Source: Chiloscyllium plagiosum (Eukaryota). From it: 64,000 bases of DNA. The position numbers were made by a program, and so were the translations under genes. The DNA is taken from contig NC_057711.1 of the NCBI RefSeq assembly GCF_004010195.1, forward strand, positions 81,262,714-81,326,713, given 5' to 3'. Below are positions 27,191 to 40,415 of the stretch, piece after piece; positions within the stretch are counted from its first letter, which is position 1, and each line of letters opens with the position of its first letter. Below the pieces are notes generated by a model, which was given only the letters and a program-made list of their open reading frames with translations, searched no databases and was not told the origin of the DNA.

Positions 27191-27794
27191 AACTGCTGCT
27201 TAATGTTATCTGCCCAGAACCTCAGAACTTTCAAAAGTGCACAATCAATGTCTTGTTCCTAATTAATATACTCACCTGTCCCAATTCCAGCTTCTCTCAC
27301 TCTTTATCACCCTGTTGCTGAATTTAAAATGTCCTTTCTAGCCAACAAATCCCTGTATGTCTGTACCCCACATCCCATAGCATCTTCCTTGCCTTACATG
27401 CCCTCCTGTTCCATTCAATAGTGTGACTCTAGCTTTTTGTATTCTGTTCATCATGCTCCACTATTGGTGAGTTAACATTTAGCTTCACTATCTAGAATTC
27501 CATTGTTGAATATTTTACCTTTGTTGCCATTCTATTTGTTTTAGAATTCTTTCAACACTAATCTTTATGCTCAGCTATCAGTCATATCTCCCAACTCTCA
27601 CAAGAATTCTCTCTTTCCCTGTACTGTATCTTTGTTCCTCTATGATGTGCCTGAGAATGTTTATTATACAAATCGCTGTTTTATTGTGTCGTTGAATATC
27701 AGGTCTGTGCATGTGCATGATTTATGTAAAGTTCATTTGATGAACTTATACCAATATTCTTCTTAATTTACACATTATCAGCAACTAATATAAC

Positions 27795-28250
27795 AGCTAC
27801 AGTCAATTGGTAGCACTCACTTTTCAGTCAAAATGTTTTATGTTCAAGTCTGACTCTAGAGACTTAAGCACAATAGTCAAGCCTGACACTCCAAAGCATA
27901 CTGAGGGAGCAGCCCAGGGCCATCAATGGTACTGTCTTTCAGATGAGGTTAGAACCTAAGGCTCTCCCTGCTTTCTAAAGTGGAGACAATAAATTTCATG
28001 GCTCTATTTTCAAGAATTACAGGGGAATTATCCCTGGTGTTCTGGCCAATATTTATTCCTCAATTAACATCATAAAAACAAATTATCAGATCATTATCAC
28101 ATCGCTGTTTGTGGGAGCTTGCTGTGCCAAGAATTGCAGCAATGCGTCATACATTATAGCAAGTATGGCAATCCAAAGCACATTGTTGGTTTTAAAGTGC
28201 TTTGGGATGCCCTGTAACAATAAAACATGCTGCATAAATGCAACTCTTAC
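27795..28250 (+). mobile_element. Deu-domain SINE (SacSINE1-like)
   Basis: B-box-like GTTCAAGTC, CTGACACTCCA..ACTGAGGGAG, TGTGGGAGCTTGCTGTG and tail ATAAATGCAA. Confidence 0.75.
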
Positions 28251-28653
28251 TCTCATGACATTATTCTTCTTCAGTTCTCTGCTCCAGAAACAGGTCTGCT
28301 GCACAGTTCCATGATCTCCACACAGGTAGGGCAAGGAAGTAGGTCATGAATCCATACCAGGCAGGACATGAATTGAAGCCTATGCTGTTTCCACGAATAT
28401 GATGCACACCAGTCACTCAGCTAGTGGAGCTAATCAGCCACCCCTGCCCACTCAACCAGTCTGAATTGCTGTGACAATCTATACTTTTACACAGATGATG
28501 TAGTCTGGAGCTATGGATAGTAATGATAGAGGCTCCTATATTTTTCCCAGCACATGGCTGAGTAGGAATCTCTGCCACTATTGCACTATTATGTCATTGT
28601 CATGTGTTGGAAGGATTTACAGTTTGATAATCAACCTGCTTGGTCTTATTATA

Positions 28654-30112
28654 CAAGTGGAAAATGAAGTGCTGCTCTTCCAGCTTGCAACAACACTTAG
28701 TGTGTCCTTTATTTACCAAAATGTGTCCATTCACATCCCTAAAGATGAACCACAAAACGATTGTGAGAATCATCAAAGGTTCAACTTAAAACTGGATGTG
28801 ATTTACTTTCATCTGTAAACTAAACAGGCAAAATATATTCTCTTGGGTTTAATGGTGATTTGTCAGAAATGAAGATATTAGTGGAATTGTTTGGGATCCT
28901 GTGATTGAATATCAGTTCAAATTGGAATGCATAAGATTACATAGAATACCTGATAATTAATTTCAGCCGAATTAGTTGATACTCCACATGCATTCATGTC
29001 CATTACTATTGAAAGCCAAGAAGAAGATTTTTATCATCAAATTTCACAACTCGGTATCACATCAGAAATCAAGGCCAATTAATCCCAAAGACTTTTAAAA
29101 AATTAAAATTTGCAAAAGAAATACACTAAATCTCCAAACTATCTGTTTTTCAGACCCAAGCTGATGGAGAACACAGACTGGGTTTCCATGCTGTTAAAAT
29201 AGGGTGGCTCAGTGGTTAGCCACTGCTGCCTCACAGTGCCAGGACCCGGGTTTGATTCCAGCCTCCAGCGACTGTCTGCATGGAGATTGCACATTCTCCC
29301 TGTGTCTGCATGGGTTTCCTCCTACAGTCCAAAGATGTGCAGTTCAGGTGAATTGGCCATGCTAAATTGCCCATAGTGATAGGTGCCTCAGTAGGGGAAT
29401 GGGTCTGAGTAGGTTACTCTTTAGAGGGTCAGTGTGGACTTGTTGGGCTGAAGGGACTGTTTCCACACTGTAGGTAATCTGATTTTTCATTGTTTTTATT
29501 TTTGTTTGTTTAGAAAACTTGGTTCAGAACTGAAGGTGACTTGTCGACTTCATAAAACAGTTTGTGGTAAGGAAAAGAACAGACCAAATACGCTTTTGTT
29601 TGTTTGTGAGGCCAGGGCTATTAATAAGGTCAGTACTATCAGTCTAGAAGAGACCTTATGCCTAAGCAGATATTGAATAATAATGGAGATCTTGGAAAAG
29701 ATGATCAGTCTATCAGGCAGAGTCAAAGCTGGAACTGTTTTTAAATTGTGCTTGTTAGAGGAGATGAGCTTGGCTGCAGACAACACAGCATAAAGATTTA
29801 AAACCTCTCCAAAGTTAGGAATCCCAGAGAGCAGAAAACTAAGTGAGAAGTATTATTACCTTGACTTGAGTGAACTGGGAAGGTGACCCAAACTGGCAGT
29901 TCCAGAAAAACAATCATGGAGACCACATCTACGCCTATGAAACAACACATTGTAAAATCCATTCATGTAATTTGGCCAGTTTTGTCATTTTCTTTTATTA
30001 TCACTAAATCATGTTTATTTGTTTGTCTGTCTGTCTTTTGTGTGAATGAGGACTGAAAATCAATGTTTCATGTTTAAAGTATTGACATTAATCAGTTTAC
30101 CTTGTTTAATTT
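28654..30112 (+). repeat. Derived copy of a 1459-bp local duplication
   Basis: Near-identical (about 99% by eye) to 32185-33643. Confidence 0.97.
29203..29483 (+). mobile_element. HE1-type SINE (also present in the duplicate at ~32733-33013)
   Basis: GGTGGCTCAGTGGTTAGC..GGTTTGATTCC and HE1 tail. Confidence 0.9.
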
Positions 30113-30205
30113 CTGAAGAAAGGGCTTATGCCCAAAACGCCGATTCTCCTGCTCCTTGGATGCTGCCTGACCTACTGCGCTTTTCCAGCAACACATTTTT
30201 CAGCA
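30113..30205 (+). mobile_element. Short PLE terminal piece with mutated hammerhead
   Basis: CTGAAGAAAGGGCTTATGCCCAAAACGCCGATTCTCC.. of the same family as 53324. Confidence 0.88.
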
Positions 30206-31744
30206 TATTATACAAGCACCTTTCTTGGCCATCCAGCCCTGGAGTAGAGCCATCCAGCCCTGACCTTCTGGATTAGAGGCAGGGATGCCACTCACTGCAC
30301 AATAAGACCTCCTTTCAACACACCTCTGCACACAGTGGAGTTGGTGCACTCTTCTTGCCTCTTATTATTGAGTGCTACTGATGAAGCAGCTGAATTTCTG
30401 CAATATTAATTCTGTGTTTGTTATTGGAGCAAGTTACAATAAATAATTGTCTATTTCCTGTCTTTCAATCTTTAATTGGATGAACATCAAGAAAATCACA
30501 AAGATATTTTGATATTGTTTCTTTTTGGAAATGGTTGCAGTTTATTTCATTCTCAGTTGATTCAAGCCACGCATACTGGCTAAATTTTGACGAATAACAG
30601 TGGAAATTCCAAAGAAATCTCCTTAATCTTACATGTAATGCACTTCTATACAAGTAGCAACTCTGAGTAGTCATTAGCAATCTGGTTGTAAAACAAGGTC
30701 ATTGGCAACATACTGCAGACAATAGATGGTATATATAAACACCATGAAGCAAACATTAGCTCAAGCATCACTATCAGTTCCTATACCTGCCTGTGTTTGC
30801 TTTCTGAGCTCTTGTCAATTGTATGTTTTGAACAACATAAAAACACTCTGCTTTATGTCAATATTTGGTAATCGAAGTGGGTTCTTATCCATGCCAGCTG
30901 GACCTCCTTAAACAAATATCTATCAGGATTTTACATTTATCTATGAAACCATTTGTTGAAAGGCAGACACTAAATAGACCTATGCTTAACAATTCAGTAG
31001 CTCTGGAATCTGTTAAAATAACTGGACAGGTTTTCGTGAAATGTCAAACATATTTAGTCATGATGATGTCAACAAACATCAATCATGTTGTTTAACCTTT
31101 AACTGACTGTTAGCTTTTTGAATGAGCAACCTGATAAAAATCACATTCTCGACTGTAGTCTTATCAATTGGTACATCCTTTAGAAGCCAGGACAGAGGGT
31201 AATAGACGATAGATTTCTTATTTGGTGATGATTCCTCTTTCAGTTCTTCATTACTATATGCTCATCTTTTAAATGGAGGAGGTGAATGTGCAGTGCAGGA
31301 TTTGTTAGCCATCATCTGTGGAAACAAACTTACCTCTAGGTTGCTATTAGTCATCTCTTGAAGATAAACAGCCATTCTTGACCCCAGCAAAGGAGATCCA
31401 TCTCCTCATAATTGGTACATCAGGCTTAGTTATAGATGCAATTTGATCTCCTTCCCAAATTGTAGCATCAAAAATGGGAATTGCTCCTAAAAGCACAAGA
31501 GAAGGGTAAAATGGGAAGAGAAACAAAACAAGCTGAAGAAAAGCCACTTTAAAATGGCAAAACAGTACCATGCCTGCGCTAAGTGTTCCAAATACAATCT
31601 ATAGACTTCTTTCTGTAATTCCACATATAGCAAATACCCAGCGCCAAACCATTCAATCATGGCAACAATAAAAATATTACTACCAACATGCTGAACTCAA
31701 TCAGTCTAAGCTCCTAGCATCAGTTAACAACATTATTTAAAAAT

Positions 31745-32222
31745 CAAAAGAATTGTGGAGGCTGGAAATCAGAAACAAAAACAGAAATTGCTGCAAAAGC
31801 ACAGCAGGTCTGGCATCATCTGCGGAGAGAAATCAGAGTTAATGTTCTGGGTTGGGTGACCTTTCCTCAGAACTGAGGGTAACTCAGAAAAAACTGTTCT
31901 TTTTATGTAGGACATAGAATGAGGGGAGGGAGTAAGGAGTAAATGTTAGTAGAGATAAAGCCCAAAGAGAGAGAAAAATTGGACAGTCAAATGTGGACAA
32001 TGATTAGCCTAGGAGAATGAATAACTACTAATGAGGATAATTAGTGGCAAACAATAGGTTGTGTGTAATAGGAGACTGTGGTGGTGATCTGGTGTGTGAG
32101 GGTTGGTGCAAGGACAGGGGATAAGGTGTCTCAAGCCCTAAAATTGTTGACCTCAATACTGAGTCCAGAAGGCTGTAGAGTTTCCAAGTGGAAAATGAAG
32201 TGCTACTCTTCCAGCTTGCAAC
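31745..32222 (-). mobile_element. Old PLE 3' remnant
   Basis: Terminal repeat at 31745-31875 plus GIY-YIG C-terminal-like sequence AAATTGTTGACCTCAATACTGAGTCCAGAAGGCTG..TCTTCCAGCTTGC. Confidence 0.7.
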
Positions 32223-33643
32223 AACACTTAGTGTGTCCTTTATTTACCAAAATGTGTCCATTCACATCCCTAAAGATGAACCACAAAACGATTGTGAGAA
32301 TCATCAAAGGTTCAACTTAAAACTGGATGTGAGTTACTTTCATCTGTAAACTAAACAGGCAAAATATATTCTCTTGGGTTTAATGGTGATTTGTCAGAAA
32401 TGAAGATATTAGTGGAATTGTTTGGGATCCTGTGATTGAATATCAGTGCAAATTGGAATGCATAAGATTACATAGAATACCTGATAATTAATTTCAGCCG
32501 AATTAGTTGATACTCCACATGCATTCATGTCCATTACTATTGAAAGCCAAGAAGAAGATTTTTATCATCAAATTTCACAACTCGGTATCACATCAGAAAT
32601 CAAGGCCAATTAATCCCAAAGACTTTTAAAAAATTAAAATTTGCAAAAGAAATACACTAAATCTCCAAACTATCTGTTTTTCAGACCCAAGCTGATGGAG
32701 AACACAGACTGGGTTTCCATGCTGTTAAAATAGGGTGGCTCAGTGGTTAGCCACTGCTGCCTCACAGTGCCAGGACCCGGGTTTGATTCCAGCCTCCAGC
32801 GACTGTCTGCATGGAGATTGCACATTCTCCCTGTGTCTGCATGGGTTTCCTCCTACAGTCCAAAGATGTGCAGTTCAGGTGAATTGGCCATGCTAAATTG
32901 CCCATAGTGATAGGTGCCTCAGTAGGGGAATGGGTCTGAGTAGGTTACTCTTTAGAGGGTCAGTGTGGACTTGTTGGGCTGAAGGGACTGTTTCCACACT
33001 GTAAGTAATCTGATTTTTCATTGTTTTTATTTTTGTTTGTTTAGAGAACTTGGTTCGGAACTGAAGGTGACTTGTCGACTTCATAAAACAGTTTGTGGTA
33101 AGGAAAAGAACAGACCAAATACGCTTTTGTTTGTTTGTGAGGCCAGGGCTATTAATAAGGTCAGTACTATCAGTCTAGAAGAGACCTTATGCCTAAGCAG
33201 ATATTGAATAGTACTGGAGATCTTGGAAAAGATGCTCAGTCTATCAGGGCAGAGTCAAAGCTGGAACTGTTTTTAAATTGTGCTTGTTAGAGGAGATGAG
33301 CTTGGCTGCAGACAACACAGCATAAAGATTTAAAACCTCTCCAAAGTTAGGAATCCCAGAGAGTAGAAAACTAAGTGAGAAGTATTATTACCTTGACCTG
33401 AGTGAACTGGGAAGGTGACCCAAACTGGCAGTTCCAGAAAAACAGTCATGGAGACCACATCTACGCCTATGAAACAACACATTGTAAAATCCATTCATGT
33501 AATTTGGTCAGTTTTGTATTTTCTTTTATTATCACTAAATCATGTTTATTTGTTTGTCTGTCTTTCTTTTGTGTGAATGAGGACTGAAAATCAATGCTTC
33601 ATGTTTAAAGTATTGACATTAATCAGTTTACCTTGTTTAATTT
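32185..33643 (+). repeat. Source copy of the 1459-bp duplication
   Basis: Its start is continuous with the upstream PLE remnant, unlike the copy at 28654. Confidence 0.95.
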
Positions 33644-34704
33644 TTCCTCTGCTAAAGTTATTATCTATTTAATAAGTAATTAACTCTTTTGTTTGAGATA
33701 CAGAACAAATTCTGCACAGTCTTTACAGTCTGGGACTGGTTATTCAAAAGTCTGGTCAGGAACTATTGGAGTGACTATTGAGGGTCTTTGACAGTTGAAT
33801 TTTACTTTGTTGGGAATGTAGAGGTAGAAAGTCTGATTTGGTTCAACTCTCTCTGCATCATAGCAATATTTGATAGAAATCAATACTTATTACATATATT
33901 TAAATTCTAGCTACAGGTAAGGAATTAAGTAAACTCTACAACTTAAACTCTAAATCCCTTAAAAACTCCTCCCCAAAATGTACACAGACACAAAATGGGG
34001 AGAAATTTCATGAGGTGGAGGGAAAACTGGAGAAGCCATTCTATAGTATTTTTTCCCAAGATTTATTGGGATCATTCATGTTGATCCAAAAGACTTGCCT
34101 TGACCTTTTTTGTCTGAATGCTTCCACTAGTTTGTAAGAGGCAGAAAATAGCTGGTTCTTTTATGAAAGATCTTGGAGTTATCCAATACATAGTCACATT
34201 TGCTGAATGAAAGATTTGTCTTCAGGTTTCAAAGTGGCTTACTGCAGAGAACTGACAGAGACTGTTTCTTGGCTACAGCAGACTGGTGGCTTCTCTTCTG
34301 GTCAGACTTGCTTCTTTCTATCTTGCTTACAGTCAAGCTGTTCAACTACCTGACTGCCAATCATATAGTTATTGGCAAGCTAAGTACCATTGACATTGAT
34401 AACTGGTCCTCATTCCACAAACAAATCAGTTTCACTTGTAAACAAACCCTTGGCTCCAGTTCATGTGCACATTGCTAGAACCCACAGCTATACAAACATG
34501 GTTCACAAATGGTAGCAAATTCCTTAATTTCACAAGTTGCAGCTGTCCTTGTAAATCCATGGGTTTCAAACATTTTCTTCTCATTTGAGTCCACAATTTT
34601 TAAAAGCACAAAAATAAAATGACATGGGTCTATACGCAGTATAATATCATCTGCATAAGCAAGAAGAATGGAACTGAATGCAATGCTTGAAGCTACCTTA
34701 ATAT

Positions 34705-34852
34705 ATGATGTGGAGTTGCTGGTGTTGGACTGAGGTGGATCAAGTTAAAAATTGAACAACAGCAGGTTATAGTCCAACAGATTTATTTGGAAGCTAGTTC
34801 TTCCAAATAAACCTGTTGGACTATAACTTGGTGTTGTGTGATTTTTAACTTT
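34705..34852. mobile_element. Palindromic PLE terminal remnant (~55-bp hairpin arms)
   Basis: AAGTTAAAAA..GGTTATAGTCCAACAGATTTATTTGGAAG / CTTCCAAATAAACCTGTTGGACTATAAC..TTTTTAACTT. Confidence 0.8.
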
Positions 34853-35094
34853 ACCTAAATACAAATGTCCAAATATCAACAGTTTTATATGATCTAATTG
34901 TTTGGATATGGAACTCAATGACTACATAAGAGAAAACCAGTGTCATCTATGCAGATGCAATATATGTCCCTTTTCATATATGAATAGACAATTACCCATC
35001 CAGTTATTAATTCCCTCATGGCAACACAAGTAATAGGTACTAAAAACAGCAAATGTTGGCAATTTCAATACAGATTACAGCATCTGCAGTAATT

Positions 35095-35422
35095 TAGATT
35101 AGTTTAGATTAGATTACTTACAGTGTGGAAACAGGCCCTTCGGCTCAACAAGTCCACACCAACTCACTGAAGCGTAACCCACCCAGACACATTCTCCTAC
35201 ATTTACCCCTTCACCTAACACTACGGGCAAGTTAACATGGACAATTCACCTAACCTGCACATTTTTGGATTGTGGGAGGAAACCGGAGCACCCGGAGGAA
35301 ACCCACGCAGACACGGGGAGAATGTGCAAACTCCACACAGAGAGTCGCCTGAGGAGGGATTTGAACCCGGGTCTCTGGCGCTGTGAAGCAGCAGTGCTAA
35401 CCAATGTGCTACCGTGCCGCCC
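35095..35422 (-). mobile_element. HE1-type SINE, full length
   Basis: A/B boxes, HE1 body and (ATTAG)n tail. Confidence 0.93.
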
Positions 35423-36379
35423 ACAATTTACTCCTACAGGTAAAGGTAAACTGCTGATGTATCCAACTGAAACCACAACTACAAAACAGATATTTTGGGA
35501 CAACTGTTAACTGTCTAATGGGATATAGAAGTGTCACAGAATAGCACTAACTAGTTTTTGAATCTTCTAGTCTTGATGCAGGTTCTCTGACTGACCTTAT
35601 ATAGGGTACAATTTCCACTATTACAATAATAATGATGATCCAGGAGCAAAAGTAAATCAAGTGTGCAGAATTAGGAATATCTGTGACTTGTCTCTAAGCA
35701 GTATGAATGGATGTAGCAGTTGGTACATCCATTGAAAAATACCATGTTATCTATAACCCTGGTGAAAACAGAGGTCAGGCCTGTCCTGAAATTTTGATGA
35801 TGACAGGTTGGCTAATATTTTTTCAATGCATATTTCTATCCTTATCCAAAGGAACCAAGATTAGAAGGCAGGAAAAGTGATTACAAAATCACTTTTCCAT
35901 GAAAAGATTAATTTATTACTTCTCCCTCCCAGATGACAAAAGAAAATCCTCATTATTAGGCCTGTGTACATTGGTAAGCTTCCAAATATAATTGCCAGCA
36001 ACATTAAACCTCACACTGACCAATCTTTCCACATTGCACCTGCAGATTTAAATTCTCAAGCATTTGCAATTACAGTTTAAGAAGTGCTACTCCTAGAGAT
36101 TGGTCACTGACTGAGTTTACAAATATGTAAAATATGCTGACTCCAAAAGCACATTACAAAATGTCTGTGCAAGAAACAAAGTCGAGGTTTAGTTGCCTTA
36201 GAATTAGAACTCAACTGTGTAACAATTGTTAATTTTTACATGGCCAGTCTAAGAAAATAAAAAGTTATTGAATCACATTAATGTCTTTTTTTCACTGTAA
36301 AATCAGAGTGGTTGAGGGATAAAATGCCATCAGGTAATTCAGTTCTCGTAAAAGAGTATACTCCAGGACCAATTAAATT

Positions 36380-37135
36380 TGCTACAACAAACACAGACAT
36401 TGCTGGAGAAATTCAGCAGGTCTGGCAGCACCAGTAGAGAGAATGAGAAATTGAGCACTGCAGATGGTGGAGAGTCAAAGTCGAAAAAAGTGTGGCACTG
36501 GAAAAGCGCAGCATATCAGGCAGCATCTGAGGAGCAGGAGAGTCAACGTTTCAACTGTAAGGATGGTTAGTGTTAAGCCAGGAAGGAGAAAAGCTGATAT
36601 TGGGGCCAAGTAAGTGAAACTGTTTTGGCTGTGCTGAAAGCAGCTCATGTGCTGACAAGGATTAGAGTGTCAGAGTGGCTAAAGGTCAAGGATGAAGGTG
36701 TTTAAGCCCTAAAAATATTGAACCTGATATTGAATCCTGAAGGCTGAAGTGTCCCCAGATGGAAAACGAGATGCTGTTCTTCCAGCTTGCACTGAGCCAC
36801 ACTGACGCACTATAGTGGACCCAAGACAGGCATGTTGGCCAGGAACATGGTGGTGTGTTGAGATGGGACACTGCAAGCTCAATTTTTTACTGTTATTAGA
36901 AAAATTATCTAGAATTATTATATCTCAGACTAAGCAATTATCAAATGGGTTTTAACCTTAAATAAAACAAAGAATTACCAATGCTGGAATTCTGAAACAC
37001 AAACAGAAATTGCTGGAGAAACTCAGTAGGCAGCATCTGTGGAGAGAAAGTAGAGGTAACATGTCAGTCCAGTTAACTCTGCTCTCTTTTCACAGATGCT
37101 GTCATACCTTCAGTAATTTCTGCTCATGTTCGGGC
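36380..37135. mobile_element. Cluster of PLE terminal and endonuclease remnants
   Basis: ORF 36686-36871(-) region resembles the PLE C-terminus; terminal repeats at ~36395, 36455 and 36965. Confidence 0.65.
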
Positions 37136-37384
37136 TTTGTCCTTGTTTGTCAACACTACTGGTAACCTAACTAAACAGCAAAGACCGTCATCCATACATT
37201 ACCAAAGACATAAGGTTTTGTTTATCAACTTCTGAAATCAAAACATATTTAAGATTTAAAGTCAACTTTCTTTGTGTCATTAATCGAGCTTGGTATTACA
37301 TTCCATTTATCTGTTTTGAGTCTTTTTACCTGAATGTGGGCTGTTTTGTTCCTGGGATGAGAGAAAGGCAGCTACTTTGAGAGA

Positions 37385-38975
37385 CAGAATCATAGAGTCA
37401 CAGAGTTGCACCGCATGAAAACAGACTTTTCAGTCCATCTCGTCCATGCTGACCAGATATCCTATATAAATCTAGTCCTAGTCCCATTTGCCAGCACCCA
37501 GCGCAAATCCCTTTAACCCCTTCCTATTCATATACCCATCCAGATGCCTTTTAAATACTGTAATTGTACTAGCCTCTGCCACTTCCTCTGGCAGCTCATT
37601 CCATATACACACCACCCTCTGCATGAAAAGGTTGGTCCTTAGGTCCCTTTTAAATCTTTCCCCTCTCACCTTCTAAATCTTTCCTCTCTCACTTCTAGTT
37701 TTGGACTCCTCCACCCAGGGAAAAGACCTTGCCGTTTTTTCCTATCCATGCCCCTGATGATTTTATAAACCTCTATCAGGTCACCCCTCAGCCTCTGATG
37801 CTTCAGGCAAAACAGCTCCAGTTGATTCAGCCTTTTCTTACAGCTCAAATCCTCCAATTCTGGCAACATCCTTGTAAATCTTTCCTGAATCCTTTCAAGT
37901 TTCACAACATTCTTCCTGTAGCACGGAGACCAGAATTGCACAGTATTCCAAAAGTGGCCTAACTATTTTCCTCTACAGTTGTAATATGATCTCCCAACTC
38001 CTGTACCAAATACACTGATTATAAAGGCAAGCATACCAAATGCCTTCTACACTATCCTGTCCACCTGGGACTCCACTTTCAAGGAACTATGAACCTGCAC
38101 TCCAAGGTCATAGAGTCATAGGCTTGTACAGCACAGAAAACAGACCCTTTGGTCCAAATCATTCATGCTGACCAGATATCTCGAAATAATCTAGTCCTGT
38201 TTGTCAGCATTTGGCCAATATCCCTGTAAATCCTTTGTACTCATATACCCATCCAGTTGCTTTTAAATGTTGTAGTTGTACTAGCCTCACCACTTCCTCT
38301 GGCAGCTCATTTCATACACACATCACTGTGTGAAAAAGTTGCCCCTTAGGTCCCTTTTAAATGTTTCCCCACTTCTTCAACCCATGTCCTCTATTTGAAC
38401 TCCCCCTCCCCAGGGAAAAGACTTTGCCTGTTTACCCGATCCATGCCCCTCATGATTTTATAAACCTCTATAAGGCCACCCTTCAGCCTGCAATGTTCCA
38501 GGGAAAACAGCGCCAGCCTTTTCGACCTCTCCCTATAGCTCAAACACTTCAACCCTGGCAATACCCTTGTAAATCTTTCCTGAACCCTTTCAAGTTTCAC
38601 AACATCCTTCCTGTAGCAGGGAGACGAGAATTGCATACATTATTCCAAAAGTGACCTAACCAATGCATTGACCAATGAAGGCACACATACTAACTGCCTT
38701 TTTCACTATCCTGTCTACCTGCAACTCTACTTTGAAGGAAATATGAACTTACACTCCAAGGTCTCTTTGTTCAGCAACACCTTACCATTAAGTGTATAAG
38801 TCCTGCCCTGATTTGCCTTTCCAAAGTGCAGCACCTCATATTTATCTAAATTATGCTCCATCTGCCACTCCTTTGCCCATTGGCCCATCTAATCAAAATC
38901 CCATTGTACTCTCAGGCAACCTTCTTCACTATCCACACCTCCAATTTTGGTGTCATCCGCAACCTTACTAACCAT
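37385..38975 (-). mobile_element. Tandem/nested CR1/HER1 3' fragments
   Basis: Two QFWSPCYRK.VVKLER.QERFTR peptides, a SKVADDTKIGGVDSEEG RT motif, and tails at ~37390 and ~38108. Confidence 0.92.
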
Positions 38976-39288
38976 GTGGCAGTGTCCTGAGCAAGTGAGT
39001 GGACAGCACAAAGGGCATGCAATGTTAGCGGTGTCACAGTTTGGGGTGTGCGAGAGCAAGTAAGGGAAGATGCAGCAAACAAGAGCAACAGTGGCAGAGC
39101 ATGAGTCTTGGTGAGAGGTCAGTGCAGCAGAGAGAGAGTGTGTCATATCGGAGACACGATATTAGGACTTACTGTGCCGAAATGAAGAAGGACAATTATC
39201 TTCTTCCTACATTGCTGAGCTAACGTTAAGGAGAGCTGAGACTTTTCCTACCTGGGTAATCTCAGACCAGGCTAATACAATGTACAGG

Positions 39289-39979
39289 AGAAAGTGACGA
39301 CTGCAGATGCTGGAGATCAGAGCTGAAAATGTGTTGCTGGAAAAGCGCAGCAGGTCAGGCAGCATCCAAGGAGCAGGAAAATCGACGTTTCGGGCATGAG
39401 AACTTCTTCAGGAATGAGGAAAGTGTGCCAAGCAGGCTAAGATAAAAGGTAGGGAGGAGGGACTTGGGGGAGGGGGGTTGGAAATGCGATAGGTGGAAGG
39501 AGGTTAAGGTGAGGGTGATAAGGTGAGGGTGATAGGCCTGAGTGGGGGTGGGGGTGGAGAGGTCAGGAAGAAGATTGCAGGTTAGGAAGGTGGTGCTCAG
39601 TTCGAGGGTTGGGACTGAAACAAGGTGGGGAAATGAGGAAACTGGAGAAATCTGAGTTCATCCCTTGTGGTTGGAGGGTTCCTAGGCGGAAGATGAGGCG
39701 CTCTTCCTTCAGCCGTCGTGTTGCTATGGTCTGGCGATGGAGGAGGCCAAGGACCTGCATGTCCTTGGTGGAGTGGGAGGGGGAGTTGAAGTGTTGAGCC
39801 ACAGGGTGGTTGGGTTGGTTGGTCTGGGTGTCCCAGAGGTGTTCTCCCTACCTTTTATCTTAGCCTGCTTGGCACACTTTCCTCATTCCTGAAGAAGGGC
39901 TCATGCCCGAAACGTCAATTCTCCTGCTCCTTGGATGCTGCCTGACCTGCTGCGCTTTTCCAGCAACACATTTTCAGCT
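39289..39979. mobile_element. Young PLE with 5' inversion, two hammerhead copies and a 17-bp TSD
   Basis: TSD CTAATACAATGTACAGG at 39272-39288 and 39980-39996. ORF 39563-39802(-) reads AQHFNSPSH..EERLIFRLGTLQPQGMN. Hammerhead CTGAAGAAGGGCTCATGCCCGAAACGTC at ~39889-39916. Confidence 0.93.
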
Positions 39980-40415
39980 CTAATACAATGTACAGGCTAA
40001 CACAATTTGTTCAATGTCCTTCTGTGTGTAATATTTCTGCCCTTCTGTGAATACCAGACCATAAGTAATTAACTGGGATAGTAATTTACTCTATAGATCT
40101 ATTTGTTAGTTTCATACTTCACTGACAAATAACAGGAATAAGATTTACTCAATACATCCAGAGACATTGAAAATACTTTGTTAAGTTGAATTGTCCCATC
40201 AAAGGAACCAACTGCATGACTTAAACATTTGTTAGTTTAAAAGTTTTAATTGTCCAGCTCTGAACTATTTTCTCCAGGCTTAACTAAAGCTTACCTCCAG
40301 TCTCAGACTCCCACAAAACCCAGTTTTTGGTATGAATCCTATATTTTGCTGGAAAAGTCAACAAATTCCCAGCCTACAAGAATTTTATAATTATACTTTA
40401 ACAATATCTCCTTCA

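Larger units (their letters stand above)
28600..30312 (-). mobile_element. Old tRNA-derived SINE split by the 28658-30205 insertion
   Basis: Minus strand starts GGAGGTCTTATTGTGCAGTGAGTGGCATCCCTGCCTC at ~30312. After removing the insert it reads on as GGCCAAGAAAGGTG-CTTGTATAATA-AGACCAAGCAGGTTGATTATC. Confidence 0.6.

Noticed and set aside
30465..30680. Possible exon in unique sequence
   Set aside because: No convincing donor site and no recognisable peptide.
28654..33643. 1.46-kb duplication as a haplotype assembly artefact
   Set aside because: An 11-bp TSD, a distinct PLE tail and the interrupted SINE argue for a real insertion, though read confirmation is still needed.
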